Source of the DNA: Candidatus Omnitrophota bacterium
Lineage (GTDB): Bacteria; Omnitrophota; Gorgyraeia; Tantalellales; Tantalellaceae
DNA length: 64,000 nt
Reading direction: 5' to 3'
Assembly (NCBI GenBank): GCA_043811395.1
Contig: JBDRNE010000025.1
Location: 7,137 to 71,136, forward strand
In this document: positions 17,675 to 28,375 of the stretch, piece after piece
Layout of the letters: each line of letters starts with the position of its first letter
How positions within the stretch are numbered: the first letter of the stretch is position 1
The notes under the pieces: generated by a model
Seen by the model: only the letters and a program-made list of their open reading frames with translations
Databases searched by the model: none
What the model was told of the DNA's origin: nothing
Program-made: the position numbers and the translations under genes

Positions 17675-19009
17675 ATGAAAAGCGATAAGATGAGGAAAAT
17701 GTTAAAATTTGGAATCAGGCAGTTTTATCATATTCGGGAAGGCGGAATTCCTGTACTATTTCGAAAAGTGGTTATTTTATTCCGGGTGTCTTTTGAAATG
17801 TTATTAGTCTTGTTGGCGGTTCCGATAGTGCTTTTTGCGCGGTTGTTAAAACCAATTATCTGGATACGGTTTGGGTGTCTTATTAGTCCCAGGATTGGAC
17901 ATTTTGCGGCCAATACGGAAATGTATATGTGTTTTCGCGATATGGACGAGCGTAGTAAGCGCCGATTAGATCTGTTTTATTGTACAAAACCGATTTGTAA
18001 TCGCCAGTTAAAAAAAATGTGGGGACGAGTTTTACATATTTTTAAGCTAGTACGCTGGTGTGATAAAGCAAATCAATTATTGCCGGGAGGAAAAGATTAT
18101 AGGGTTGTTTTATTGTCGGATAGAGATACATGTGGTGTCCTTCAGCAGGTTAAGAAACATCTTTTTTTTACAGACAGAGAAGATCGGTTCGGTAAGAAAG
18201 AGATCGAAAAAATGGGGATTTCTACAGATGCTTCTTTTGTTTGTTTTTACGCTCGTGACGCCGCGTATCTTGATTCTATAGCTCCGGGAATTGATTGGAA
18301 GTATCACAACTACAGAGATTCAAACATAAAGGACTATCTTCTTGCGGCAGAAGAACTAACAAGAAGAGGGCATTTTGCCGTTAGAATGGGAGCTGTGGTG
18401 AAAGATGAGTTAAAAGTCAGTAATCCCTCAATAATTGATTACGCATCAAAGGGAAGAACCGATTTTATGGATATATATCTTGCAGCAAACTGCAAATTTT
18501 TTCTTTCATCTACAGGAGGAATTAATGCGGTAACGACAGTGTTTAGGCGTCCGGTAGTTTTTGTGAATAATATGCCGCTTGCATGTTTTCCTGCTTCAAA
18601 TTATGGGGACTTATTTATTCCAAAAAAATTATGGTTGCGAGACGAACGTCGTTTTTTAACTTTTCAAGAGATTTTAGATTCGGAAATAGCTTTTTTCTTT
18701 TTTTTCGAACAGTATGAGAATAGAGGAATTGAACTTGTTGACAATACTCCGGAAGAGATTATGGATGTGACTGTGGAAATGGATCAGCGTTTAAACGGAC
18801 AATGGCAAACTATGGAAGAAGATGAAGAATTGCAGAGATATTTTTGGTCGTTGTACAATTCGGAAGAATACAAACGATATTGTAAGATGTTTCGAAGATT
18901 TGGCAATATGCCGTATCATCGAATACCATGTCGTATTGGTGCTAAGTTTTTGCGAGAAAATAAAGAATTGCTATACGGCAAGAGGATAATGGGAATTGAT
19001 CTCAAATAA
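17675..19009 (+). CDS. Putative glycosyltransferase, TIGR04372-like family
   Basis: RIGHFAANTE, RDAAY, YHNYRDSNI, VRMG, DFMDIYL..NCKFF, NTPEEI motifs recognised from this family. Confidence 0.75.
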   Translation: MKSDKMRKMLKFGIRQFYHIREGGIPVLFRKVVILFRVSFEMLLVLLAVPIVLFARLLKPIIWIRFGCLISPRIGHFAANTEMYMCFRDMDERSKRRLDLFYCTKPICNRQLKKMWGRVLHIFKLVRWCDKANQLLPGGKDYRVVLLSDRDTCGVLQQVKKHLFFTDREDRFGKKEIEKMGISTDASFVCFYARDAAYLDSIAPGIDWKYHNYRDSNIKDYLLAAEELTRRGHFAVRMGAVVKDELKVSNPSIIDYASKGRTDFMDIYLAANCKFFLSSTGGINAVTTVFRRPVVFVNNMPLACFPASNYGDLFIPKKLWLRDERRFLTFQEILDSEIAFFFFFEQYENRGIELVDNTPEEIMDVTVEMDQRLNGQWQTMEEDEELQRYFWSLYNSEEYKRYCKMFRRFGNMPYHRIPCRIGAKFLRENKELLYGKRIMGIDLK

Positions 19010-19038
19010 GCTAAAATTGTTTTCAAAGCGTACATATT

Positions 19039-19839
19039 ATGAATAGCAGAACAAAAAACTTGAAATTCAAACAAACATCCGTAAGTAAAGAAATCGCGGG
19101 AAAACTTTTTTTCTTTGAAGGTTATAGCGAAAAGAATGTTGAAGATGGAGTAGATTCGTTTAAACATTTTTTAAAGAAATACAAAAAACTATACAGAATT
19201 CTGAAGGTTATGATCTCACCTGTATGTTTTGATAATTCGTTGGGTCGGTTCATAAATAAAGAGATTGGTAATCAAGAAGGTTGTTTTATAAACTTAGGAT
19301 CAGGGAATGAACGAATTCATGAGAAAGTAGTTAATTTTGATATTTTTGGCTATGATGAAGTGGACATTATTTGTGATATTTGCAGTCTTCCAATTGAAGA
19401 TAATTCGGTTGATGTGGTTTTTAATTTGTCTGTGTTAGAACATGTTCCATTTCCGCAGAAGGTTGTATCTGAAATTTGGCGGGTACTTAAACCTGGCGGA
19501 TTGGTTTTTTCTGATGTGCCGTTTGTTATGGGGTTTCATGCTTCGCCATATGATTATAGCCGATGGACAGCTGTTGGCATAAAAAAACTTTACGCGAAAT
19601 ATGACATTTTAGATTTTAAAGTTAACGGAGGGCCGACTTCCGCATTTTTGTGGATTTTTCAGGAATGGTTTGCTATGCTGTTATCCTTTGGTATAAAGGC
19701 GTTATATCTTTTATTGCACATTTTTATAATGTGTTTGACTTTTCCGATAAAGTTTATCGACATAATTTTGAGATATCATCCAATGGCCGAAAATATTGCG
19801 GCCTCATATATTTTGATTGGAAGAAAAACCTATGAGTAG
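19039..19839 (+). CDS. SAM-dependent methyltransferase (type 11-like)
   Basis: NLGSG, LPIEDNSVD, VLEHV, RVLKPGG, HASPYDYSRWT. Confidence 0.85.
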   Translation: MNSRTKNLKFKQTSVSKEIAGKLFFFEGYSEKNVEDGVDSFKHFLKKYKKLYRILKVMISPVCFDNSLGRFINKEIGNQEGCFINLGSGNERIHEKVVNFDIFGYDEVDIICDICSLPIEDNSVDVVFNLSVLEHVPFPQKVVSEIWRVLKPGGLVFSDVPFVMGFHASPYDYSRWTAVGIKKLYAKYDILDFKVNGGPTSAFLWIFQEWFAMLLSFGIKALYLLLHIFIMCLTFPIKFIDIILRYHPMAENIAASYILIGRKTYE

Positions 19840-21772
19840 TTTAAAAAAGTATATAGATTCTTTTACTCATTCCTTGGTAATTCAGTTTATCTGTAGAAAA
19901 AAAATTACAATATTTGTTGGTGCGGGTCTTATATTTTTTGTAGTGTTTTTAGCGGTAAACAATTATTCTCCGATCATAGGATTGTGGGAAGGATCGGTTG
20001 TATATTGGAATTTTTTGCCGGAAAGACAACCTTCCTTAATGTTGTCAATTTCAGTGTCTGGGGATACTATCAGTATGCATGGTAGGGGGTATGCTTTATT
20101 ATACATTTCCCGTTGGGTATTGGATATAGTTGGGCATAGTCTTACAATGATGAGGCTTTTTCCCGTTATGTATGGACTTAGTGCCCTTTTTTTATTTTTC
20201 ATTGTTTTAAAAAGATGGTTTGGGGTTAAAACTGCGTTTTTAGGTGTACTTTTATTATCAACAAATCATGTGTTCTTAACCTATCAGCATATGTTGGTTG
20301 TGCAGATGGTATCTCTCGCGGCTGTATTATTTTGCATTGAACGTTTTCAAAATCTCAACTATAAACACACTAAGGTTGCGGCAATTACCATGGGATTGGC
20401 CTGTGCTTTAGTGTCTCCGCACTACATTATAGGTCGTTTTTGCATGCTGGCAATTCTGATGTTTTATGTCATAGACTGTGGAGGTAGCTATACCGCTTGT
20501 AGTAAAGATTATACGTCGATTAGTGCTCGTGAAAGGGTGAACACAATTGTAATTATATTTCTGAGTGCAATAGCCATACTATTTCTTTTCTATCCAGGGA
20601 ACGTTTTTTTACTTTTAAGCAAAAAGTTTATATTCACTGCGGCCGGAGAATATACCGTTACTTGGCGTGAAGCCCTAAACAGTATTGTACATAATGCTAA
20701 ATTTTTTTTAAGATACTTTGCTCTTGGAAATTTTTGCTCTAAATATCCCGATGACATTCTGGTAACTTTGCCGTATCCACTCGAAAGTAAGATAATTACG
20801 GTTTTGGCAGTTTTAGGGATAGCAGTTAGTTTGAAGAGAGTCAAAAACTACAAAATATTGTTTTTATTCATGATGTTATCAGTTACGAGTTTTATGCCGT
20901 TTTTTTCTCAAATTTATCCGGGAAAAATTTTTTTTGATTCTTCGAGTTTAAGTTCTTTTCGTACATTTTTTATTATTCCCTTCATGCTTATTTTCGCGGT
21001 TTTGGGAGTGAAGTATGTTTATCGAAAAATAAAAGATAGAAAAGTTTTTTGGATAAAATGTTTTTATATAGCGCTTGTTGTGTTGATTCTGTCTAGGCTT
21101 GGAGTTTGTTTGTACGAACAAAACCGGTTCCAGGCATATGTTGATAACTATCAATTTGATTTTTCACAGAAAGCTGTCCAAGCATCTCGAGATGAAAATA
21201 TTGCTTTACCGAATGACCAGAAAAGAGAATTGAACATAAATCAAATCTATTATCATAATCTTGCACAATTCATTGCTGATAAAATAGATGAGAAAAAAAA
21301 TATTTCGCAAAATACAGAATTGATCTATATACCAGAGGAATATTATACCCCGGATTATTATAGGTATGGTTCGGGAAATATGCCATTTAAGGGTGATTCA
21401 TATTACTTCAAGATGTACTTGACGTTTTACCTGAGGGAAGCAGGGATGAATGTGGGATATTTGGCTCTTAAAACAGATTATCCTCAGCCTCTAACGGGTA
21501 GGATAATTGGAATGCTGGAAAATTTCAGCTATACAGAAGGTGCAATGCGACAGCTAAAAACAAATCCGAAATATAACAATTTTATCGGTAATTTGCGCGA
21601 GTGGTCCCCGATTAAATCTAATTTTAGGCAGATTGGGGAATATGTTGTAAATGGAGCTGGACTTTGCCCTGCTGAATATATTTTGGTCACGAATAAAGAG
21701 GAAGCAGATGCCTGCGAGAAGCTACTGGGGAAAGCTATAACATTGAGAATGCCTGATGATATAGCAAAATGA
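19832..21772 (+). CDS. GT-C superfamily (ArnT/PMT-like) membrane glycosyltransferase
   Basis: Multiple TM helices with ArnT/PMT-like pattern (RLFPVMYG...FIVLKRWFG..AFLGVLLL), soluble C-terminal domain. Confidence 0.65.
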   Translation: MSSLKKYIDSFTHSLVIQFICRKKITIFVGAGLIFFVVFLAVNNYSPIIGLWEGSVVYWNFLPERQPSLMLSISVSGDTISMHGRGYALLYISRWVLDIVGHSLTMMRLFPVMYGLSALFLFFIVLKRWFGVKTAFLGVLLLSTNHVFLTYQHMLVVQMVSLAAVLFCIERFQNLNYKHTKVAAITMGLACALVSPHYIIGRFCMLAILMFYVIDCGGSYTACSKDYTSISARERVNTIVIIFLSAIAILFLFYPGNVFLLLSKKFIFTAAGEYTVTWREALNSIVHNAKFFLRYFALGNFCSKYPDDILVTLPYPLESKIITVLAVLGIAVSLKRVKNYKILFLFMMLSVTSFMPFFSQIYPGKIFFDSSSLSSFRTFFIIPFMLIFAVLGVKYVYRKIKDRKVFWIKCFYIALVVLILSRLGVCLYEQNRFQAYVDNYQFDFSQKAVQASRDENIALPNDQKRELNINQIYYHNLAQFIADKIDEKKNISQNTELIYIPEEYYTPDYYRYGSGNMPFKGDSYYFKMYLTFYLREAGMNVGYLALKTDYPQPLTGRIIGMLENFSYTEGAMRQLKTNPKYNNFIGNLREWSPIKSNFRQIGEYVVNGAGLCPAEYILVTNKEEADACEKLLGKAITLRMPDDIAK

Positions 21773-21830
21773 CGCTTATTTTGTGAAACTTAACATAGAA
21801 AAAGGTTAATAGACTAATAAGGTGGTAAAG

Positions 21831-23411
21831 ATGCGAATAATGTTTATTATAAACGAGTTAGGAATAAACGCGCCTTTTGGACCGATGATATTATCGGCGG
21901 TTCTTAAAAAAAAAAGACATGATGTTAGTCTAGGTGTAATACAAAAGGAAGACCTTGAAAAAAAAATAGGTTCATGGAAACCAGATATTCTCGCGTATAG
22001 TATGATGTCAGTTGACATGAAGGACATGAAGAAGTTCAATGATTCTTTGCGAAAAAAAATAAAGATTTTCACTATTTTGGGCGGTGCTCATCCTACCTTA
22101 GATCACAGTTGTATAGATGATCCCGGAATTGACGCAATTTGTGTGGGAGAAGGGGAAGAGGCGATAGTTGAGGTTGTTGAGGCGCTAGAAAATGGAAAAA
22201 GTTTGGAAGGTATTAAAAACATTATTACAGATAAGGCGTCTCCTTTAGAGTTGAGAGATCTTATAGAAGATTTAGATACGGTTCCTTTTATGGACAGGGA
22301 ACTCGTTTACGCGCATCGGGAAATGGCACGTTTTGGGGTTAAAGGGATTTGGACAAGCAGAGGATGTGTTTTTAGGTGTCCGTATTGTTTTAATAGCCGT
22401 ACGAATGAAATTTTCAAAAACAAAGGAAGAATTTTTAGACGGCGCAGTGTTGAGTCAGTAATAAAAGAAACCGAACAATTGGTTTCAAAGTATCGAGTTG
22501 ATTTTATTCGGATGCAGGATGATGTTTTTATTTATAAAGTTGATGATTGGTTAAAAGAATTTGTGGATAAATGGGCAACTCGAATAAAAATTCCATTCTA
22601 TTGTTTACTGCGTTCAGAGACTGTTACGGAAGAAATGGCTTTTTATTTAAAAAAGGCAGGTTGTTTTTCTATCGCGATGTCAATAGAGTCAGCAGATGAT
22701 GATATAAGAATTCGTATGATGCGCCGAAAAGTTGAAAAATCAGATTTAGAGAAAGCGTTCAGTATTTTTAAGGAACATAAGATCAATGTGTACGCTAACA
22801 CAATGCTGGCACTTCCATTTACAAAGCTTGAAGATGATATTGCGTCGGTCGATTTTGCTATAAAAGTTAAGCCTGAAATGCCGAACTTTTCAATTTTTAT
22901 GCCATATCCTGGTACGGATTTAGGAGATTATTGCGCGAGAATCGGAGTGTATGATGTTAACCAGAATCATATAGAATACGGTATGCGTAACGCAAGTTCT
23001 TTAAAATGTTTTACAAAAAAAGAAAAAGATGCCCAATATAACCTTTGCGAACTGGCAATAATCGCTGTTAAATTACCTTTTTTGAGAAATTTAATCGTAA
23101 ATCATCTTATACATTGGAGCCCGAATAATTTTTTCTTTTTTATGCACTACATTTTTTCTATTACAGCTTATGGGAAAAAGATCTTTTATTTCAAGCATAC
23201 ATTTTTTGAATATTTTGAACTATTGGGACGGACCCTAAAACATTATATCTATGATTTTTTGAAAGGTGAAAAGAAAGATATGTGTAAAGAGAAGCAAGAA
23301 AAAATAAACAAATGTGAGACGGTTCTTGCCGAAAAAGAGCGTAAAGAAGAACTTGAAAAATGTATGGAGGCGATGGAAACCGGTGAACCAGTCGGCTGGT
23401 TGGCAAGTTGA
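21831..23411 (+). CDS. Cobalamin-binding radical SAM protein
   Basis: GGAHPT, GEGE, TSRGCVFRCPYC, QDDVF, PYPGT. Confidence 0.92.
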   Translation: MRIMFIINELGINAPFGPMILSAVLKKKRHDVSLGVIQKEDLEKKIGSWKPDILAYSMMSVDMKDMKKFNDSLRKKIKIFTILGGAHPTLDHSCIDDPGIDAICVGEGEEAIVEVVEALENGKSLEGIKNIITDKASPLELRDLIEDLDTVPFMDRELVYAHREMARFGVKGIWTSRGCVFRCPYCFNSRTNEIFKNKGRIFRRRSVESVIKETEQLVSKYRVDFIRMQDDVFIYKVDDWLKEFVDKWATRIKIPFYCLLRSETVTEEMAFYLKKAGCFSIAMSIESADDDIRIRMMRRKVEKSDLEKAFSIFKEHKINVYANTMLALPFTKLEDDIASVDFAIKVKPEMPNFSIFMPYPGTDLGDYCARIGVYDVNQNHIEYGMRNASSLKCFTKKEKDAQYNLCELAIIAVKLPFLRNLIVNHLIHWSPNNFFFFMHYIFSITAYGKKIFYFKHTFFEYFELLGRTLKHYIYDFLKGEKKDMCKEKQEKINKCETVLAEKERKEELEKCMEAMETGEPVGWLAS

Positions 23412-23470
23412 ACATATTGCACGTATCAGGTGTGTCACGCAGTACGTTAAAAAATTAACGAGGTGAGAGT

Positions 23471-24403
23471 ATGCAGATAACAATTGTTATTCCGATTTAT
23501 AATAGCGAAAGTACGATTGGGAAGCTTGTGCCGAATTTGATCGAAAATTTGAAAGAAGTAAGTCTTCAAATAGTTTTAGTCAATGACGGAAGCAGTGACA
23601 AAAGTCATGAAGCGTGTCTTAGTCTTCGGGAAGCATATTCTTCGATAGTTGAGTATATAAATCTTGCCAGGAATTTTGGTGAACATAACGCGGTTATGGC
23701 AGGGTTGAATTACGCTAAGGGAGATTATGTCGTAATTATGGATGATGATTTTCAGAATCCGCCTCGTGAGGTGCCCCGTCTGGTTGCGGAAGCGAAGGAT
23801 AAGGGGTATGATATTGTTTATACATGTTATGAGAAAAAGTGTCATAGTTGGTTTAGAAATTTTGGAAGTAAGTTTAATGAAAAAATAGCGAATTTAATGC
23901 TGGATAAACCTAAAGACTTGTATTTATCAAGTTTTAAGTGTTTGAGCGCGTTTGTTGTTCGGGAGATAATAAAGTATAAAGGACCGTTTCCTTATATTGA
24001 CGGATTAGCTTTAAGATGCACACGAAACATAGGAATTATTAAAGCTCAGCATCAGAAGCGGGAAGACGGCAAATCGAATTATACGTTAAAAAAACTAGTT
24101 AATTTGTGGCTAAATATGTTTGTCAATTTTTCGATAATTCCTTTACGCATAAGTGTTTTTCTGGGGTTAATATTGGGTGGAATGGGAATACTCATAAGCA
24201 TTTATGTGATAATTGAAAAAATATTGTATCCGGGTGTTCCCGTGGGATGGACGTCTCTCATGTTAGCTGTAATGGTGTTTTCAGGAGTACAGCTTTTAAC
24301 GCTAGGGCTTTTAGGGGAATATGTTGGGCGGTTATTATTGAGTAATAATCAGACGCCGCAATTTGTTGTTAGGGAAATTTATGCAGGCGAAACGAATGAA
24401 TAA
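23471..24403 (+). CDS. GT2 polyprenyl-phosphate glycosyltransferase (ArnC/GtrB-like)
   Basis: VNDGSSD, LARNFGEHNA, MDDDFQNPP, GKSNY, two C-terminal TM helices ending LGEYVGR. Confidence 0.9.
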   Translation: MQITIVIPIYNSESTIGKLVPNLIENLKEVSLQIVLVNDGSSDKSHEACLSLREAYSSIVEYINLARNFGEHNAVMAGLNYAKGDYVVIMDDDFQNPPREVPRLVAEAKDKGYDIVYTCYEKKCHSWFRNFGSKFNEKIANLMLDKPKDLYLSSFKCLSAFVVREIIKYKGPFPYIDGLALRCTRNIGIIKAQHQKREDGKSNYTLKKLVNLWLNMFVNFSIIPLRISVFLGLILGGMGILISIYVIIEKILYPGVPVGWTSLMLAVMVFSGVQLLTLGLLGEYVGRLLLSNNQTPQFVVREIYAGETNE

Positions 24404-25397
24404 TATATCATGTAAGGATTTTTTCAAAAACAAAAAAGTACTTATAACAGGCGGGTTGGGTTTTATTGGTTCAAATTTGGCAATTAGGCTAGTTGAACAA
24501 GGCGCGACGGTTACTTTGCTGGATGGAATTATTGAGGGACACGGGGGTAACGAATTCAATATAGACCCAATAAAGGGGGAAGCAGAAGTTGAATTTGGTG
24601 ACATAAGAGATGCAGTTCTAATGAACAAAATTGTAAAGGACAAGGACTTTATTTTTCATTTGGCAGGGCAGAATGACCATGTTTTAAGCATTAGGGATCC
24701 TTTTCCGGATATTGATATTAACATAAAAGGGTCTGCCGTTCTTTTGGAAGCGTGCAAAAATTTTAATAAAACCGCAAAATTAATTTATACCGGAACACGT
24801 GGAGAATATGGAACTGCGGCAAGCTTGCCGGTCAAAGAAACCGCGGCCATAAACCCGAAAGGAATTTATGAACTTTCAAGTTTGACGGTGCAGAAATTAT
24901 TTAAGATTTATCATGAAAACCATGGAGTTAAATCTATAACTCTAAGATTGACTAATATTTATGGTGAGCGCGCGCAAATGAGGCATAATCGGTTTGGAGT
25001 AGCAAACTGGTTTGTCCGTTTGGCTGTTGAAGGCAAGACAATAAAAGTTTTTGGTGATGGGTCGATATTAAGAGATTTTCTGTATGTTGAAGATACTGTC
25101 AGGGCCCTTTTGACCTGCGCTATGTGTGAAGAGGCTTATGGCGAGGTTTTTAATGTAGGGCATAATAAACCCAGCACTTTTTTGGAATTAGCAAAAAATA
25201 TTGTAAAAATAGCGGGAAAGGGAGACTGGGAAATGGTTCCCTTTACAAAAGAACGACTTATCCAGGAGCCAGGTGATTTTTATTCAGATATAACGAAGAT
25301 TAAGAATATTGTCGGATGGGAGCCAAAAGTTTTTTTAGAGGAAGGAATTGGAAGAACGGTTAGGTATTATGAAGAGCACAAACAATATTATTGGTAA
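24396..25397 (+). CDS. NAD-dependent NDP-sugar epimerase/dehydratase
   Basis: ITGGLGFIG, RLTNIYG, FGDGSILRDFLYV; usual YxxxK reads YELSS. Confidence 0.87.
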   Translation: MNNISCKDFFKNKKVLITGGLGFIGSNLAIRLVEQGATVTLLDGIIEGHGGNEFNIDPIKGEAEVEFGDIRDAVLMNKIVKDKDFIFHLAGQNDHVLSIRDPFPDIDINIKGSAVLLEACKNFNKTAKLIYTGTRGEYGTAASLPVKETAAINPKGIYELSSLTVQKLFKIYHENHGVKSITLRLTNIYGERAQMRHNRFGVANWFVRLAVEGKTIKVFGDGSILRDFLYVEDTVRALLTCAMCEEAYGEVFNVGHNKPSTFLELAKNIVKIAGKGDWEMVPFTKERLIQEPGDFYSDITKIKNIVGWEPKVFLEEGIGRTVRYYEEHKQYYW

Positions 25398-26520
25398 AAA
25401 AAACAGCAGTATACCTTTTGTGGACTTGTCAGCGCAGTATATGGGGATAAAAGGAGAAGTTGATAAATCTGTGAACGGAGTTATTACAAAGGGATGGTTT
25501 GTTTTAGGCAAAGAACTTGAATGTTTCGAGAAAGAGTTTGCGGCGTATTGCGCCTCAAAATACGCGGTTGGTGTGGGTTCAGGCACGGCGGCATTATTTT
25601 TGTCTTTAGTTGCGTGCGGGCTTGAACCTGGGGACGGTGTTATAACAACTCCGAATACAGCTCTTCCAACAATTTCCGCAATAACTTGGGCAAATTGCCG
25701 GCCTTTTTTTGTTGATATTGCCCCTGATACGTATACTTTGTGTCCCGAAAAATTGGAATGTTTTTTACAAAACAATTTTTCAAAATTTAAGATTAAAGCG
25801 ATAATTCCGGTTCACCTTTACGGCAATTCCGTTGATATGGATCCTATTTTGAAAATCTCGGAAAAATACGGATTAAAAGTTATTGAGGACGCTTGCCAGG
25901 CCCATGGGACAGAATACAAAGGGAAAAAAACAGGTACAATGGGAACTGCGGGATGTTTCAGTTTTTATCCGACAAAAAATTTAGGTGCATATGGTGACGC
26001 GGGAATGGTTGTTACCGATAGCGAAAAAATAGCAAACAAGCTATGTATGCTGAGAAACTATGGAGAGAAAAGCAAATATTTCAATGTGGAAAAAGGAGTT
26101 AATTCAAGACTCGATGAAATTCAAGCCGCTGTTTTAAGAGTAAAACTAAAATATCTTGATACTTGGAATCAAAAAAGGCGAGGGCTTGCTGGAGTATACG
26201 CGGATTTATTAAAAGATACATGTATTCAATTGCCGGTAGAAAAAAAATACGCGAAGCACATATTCCATCTTTATGTTGTGAAAACTAAAAATAGGGATGG
26301 TTTAAAAGAAAAACTTATGAATAATGGAATAACTACGCATATTCATTATCCTATGCCTGTTCATCTTCAGCCGGCATATAAAGATTTGGGATATTCTTCG
26401 GGAACGTTTCCTGCGGCGGAAAAGTGTTCGGAAGAGATTCTTTCTTTACCCATGTTTCCGGAGTTGGAAAGGGAACGCGTGGAAAGAATTTGTAGCGTTG
26501 TAAAGGAATTTGCCGGATAG
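25369..26520 (+). CDS. DegT/DnrJ/EryC1/StrS PLP-dependent sugar aminotransferase
   Basis: PVHLYG, EDACQAHG, SFYPTKNLGAYGDAG, NSRLDEIQAA; exact start uncertain. Confidence 0.95.
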   Translation: MKSTNNIIGKKNSSIPFVDLSAQYMGIKGEVDKSVNGVITKGWFVLGKELECFEKEFAAYCASKYAVGVGSGTAALFLSLVACGLEPGDGVITTPNTALPTISAITWANCRPFFVDIAPDTYTLCPEKLECFLQNNFSKFKIKAIIPVHLYGNSVDMDPILKISEKYGLKVIEDACQAHGTEYKGKKTGTMGTAGCFSFYPTKNLGAYGDAGMVVTDSEKIANKLCMLRNYGEKSKYFNVEKGVNSRLDEIQAAVLRVKLKYLDTWNQKRRGLAGVYADLLKDTCIQLPVEKKYAKHIFHLYVVKTKNRDGLKEKLMNNGITTHIHYPMPVHLQPAYKDLGYSSGTFPAAEKCSEEILSLPMFPELERERVERICSVVKEFAG

Positions 26521-26578
26521 ATTTTAGTGCTTGGGGAATTTGTAAATTTTAAATTATAGATAAACATTAGGATGGGCA

Positions 26579-28339
26579 ATGAAGGCAGAAATTTTTGTGC
26601 GAAAAATTTTTAAAAAATTTCCATTACTTTTAACCGGCAATATTGTCTTGTCGGTAATAATGAGTTTATTTGCGGCATGTTCTTTGTTTACTATCAGCCC
26701 TCTTGTTGATTTTTTGATTAATCCGGATCTCAAGAATATAAGCCCTTTGACTCAAAAAGCCATAGACATATTGAAATGGTTTAATATGCCAGTATCGTTA
26801 TGGAGTTGGCTGGCAGTGTTTGTTGTTTTCGTAGCTTTGAGCAGTTTATTTCAAGTATTCGCGAAGTATTCGATACTTAAAACAAAATATGCGGTTTTGC
26901 GAGATATTATCTTAGGCACATTTAAAGATTTTTTTGATTCAGGCTGGTACTTTTTCTCGAGCGGCAAGCAAGGAGTACTTTTAAATACTTTTACGAGAGA
27001 AATTACGACTGTGGGAGACGCTTTCGGTGCGATGGCGCTTTTTTTCTCGAGTATTTTGCAGACTGTTTTTTTTCTGACGGTTCCTTTTTACATTTCATGG
27101 CAGGTAACTATTATTAGTCTCGGCGTATCGCTTTTATTTGCTGTTCCGTTCATTCTGCTCGGTAAATACAGCTATCGGTTGGGGGTTTTAAATACAACAA
27201 CCTCCAATCATACAAAGTCGGTCATTCAAGAAAATATAAGTCTCGCAAAAATTGTGTTGGGCTTTGGTAAACAGCAAAAAAGCGTGGATAGCCTTGCTAA
27301 TGCCTTTGACGCGCATCGGGACGCGACACTTAAATCACAGTTTTTAAGTATTGCTATTCCTATTCTGTACGATCCTTTTGGAGTTGTAATGATCGTTATC
27401 GCGCTTTTTACCGCTCGCAGATTCAATGTACCGTTATCAGAACTAATGGTGCTTCTCTTGGCGTTAAGGCAGGTTGCCTTTAGCGTAGGGAACCTAACCG
27501 CGCAGAAAAATTCTTTAGAGAATTTTTTTCCGAGTTATGAGCAAATTGAAAACTTAAGGAATCGCGCCAAGCGCTTAAAACAAAAATCGGGAGAAAAATG
27601 CTTTAATGGTATTGAGCGGGAAATTTCTCTTCAAAATGTTTCTTTTAGTTATCCCGGACATGGAGAAGTATTAAGCGCTGTGAGTGTTCGCGTGCCAAAA
27701 GGCAAAATGATAGCTTTTGTGGGAGGATCAGGCGCGGGGAAATCTACTTTAATTGATGTGATACTGGGATTTCACTCTCCAAGTGATGGTCGTGTTCTTT
27801 GTGACGGAGTTTCTTTGGCAGAGTTTGAAATTAATTCTTTTCGTAGGAAAGTTGGATATGTACCGCAGGATAGCGCGCTTTTTAACATGACAATAAAAGA
27901 TAATTTATTATGGGCTTTGGAAACGGCTCAAGAAAAAGACATTATTTCTGCTTGTTGCCAGGCTAATGCCGATGAGTTCATTAGGCAACTTCCGGAAGGT
28001 TATAATACTTTTGTGGGAGACCGGGGAGTTCGGCTTTCGGGAGGTCAGGTCCAAAGAATAGCCTTAGCAAGGTCTATTTTGCGGAAGCCTGAGCTTTTGA
28101 TTCTGGATGAAGCGACAAGCGCGTTGGATACACATTCGGAAAAATTAATTCAGCAGGCTATTGAAACAATCGCGAAAAAAACAACGGTAATTGTTATCGC
28201 GCACAGGCTCTCAACCATTGTAAACGCGGATTACGTGTACGTATTAGAAAAAGGACGTATTGTCGAAGAGGGCACTTATCGTTGGCTTATGGAGAACAAT
28301 GGATATTTTAACCGTATGGTGGCGATGCAGACCCTGTGA
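26579..28339 (+). CDS. ABC transporter permease/ATPase half-transporter (MsbA/PglK-like flippase)
   Basis: N-terminal TMD; Walker A GGSGAGKST, signature LSGGQ, Walker B LILDEATSALD, IAHRLST. Confidence 0.92.
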   Translation: MKAEIFVRKIFKKFPLLLTGNIVLSVIMSLFAACSLFTISPLVDFLINPDLKNISPLTQKAIDILKWFNMPVSLWSWLAVFVVFVALSSLFQVFAKYSILKTKYAVLRDIILGTFKDFFDSGWYFFSSGKQGVLLNTFTREITTVGDAFGAMALFFSSILQTVFFLTVPFYISWQVTIISLGVSLLFAVPFILLGKYSYRLGVLNTTTSNHTKSVIQENISLAKIVLGFGKQQKSVDSLANAFDAHRDATLKSQFLSIAIPILYDPFGVVMIVIALFTARRFNVPLSELMVLLLALRQVAFSVGNLTAQKNSLENFFPSYEQIENLRNRAKRLKQKSGEKCFNGIEREISLQNVSFSYPGHGEVLSAVSVRVPKGKMIAFVGGSGAGKSTLIDVILGFHSPSDGRVLCDGVSLAEFEINSFRRKVGYVPQDSALFNMTIKDNLLWALETAQEKDIISACCQANADEFIRQLPEGYNTFVGDRGVRLSGGQVQRIALARSILRKPELLILDEATSALDTHSEKLIQQAIETIAKKTTVIVIAHRLSTIVNADYVYVLEKGRIVEEGTYRWLMENNGYFNRMVAMQTL

Positions 28340-28375
28340 CGGTATAGTTACTAATAAAGCTAAATTAGAGGAAAT

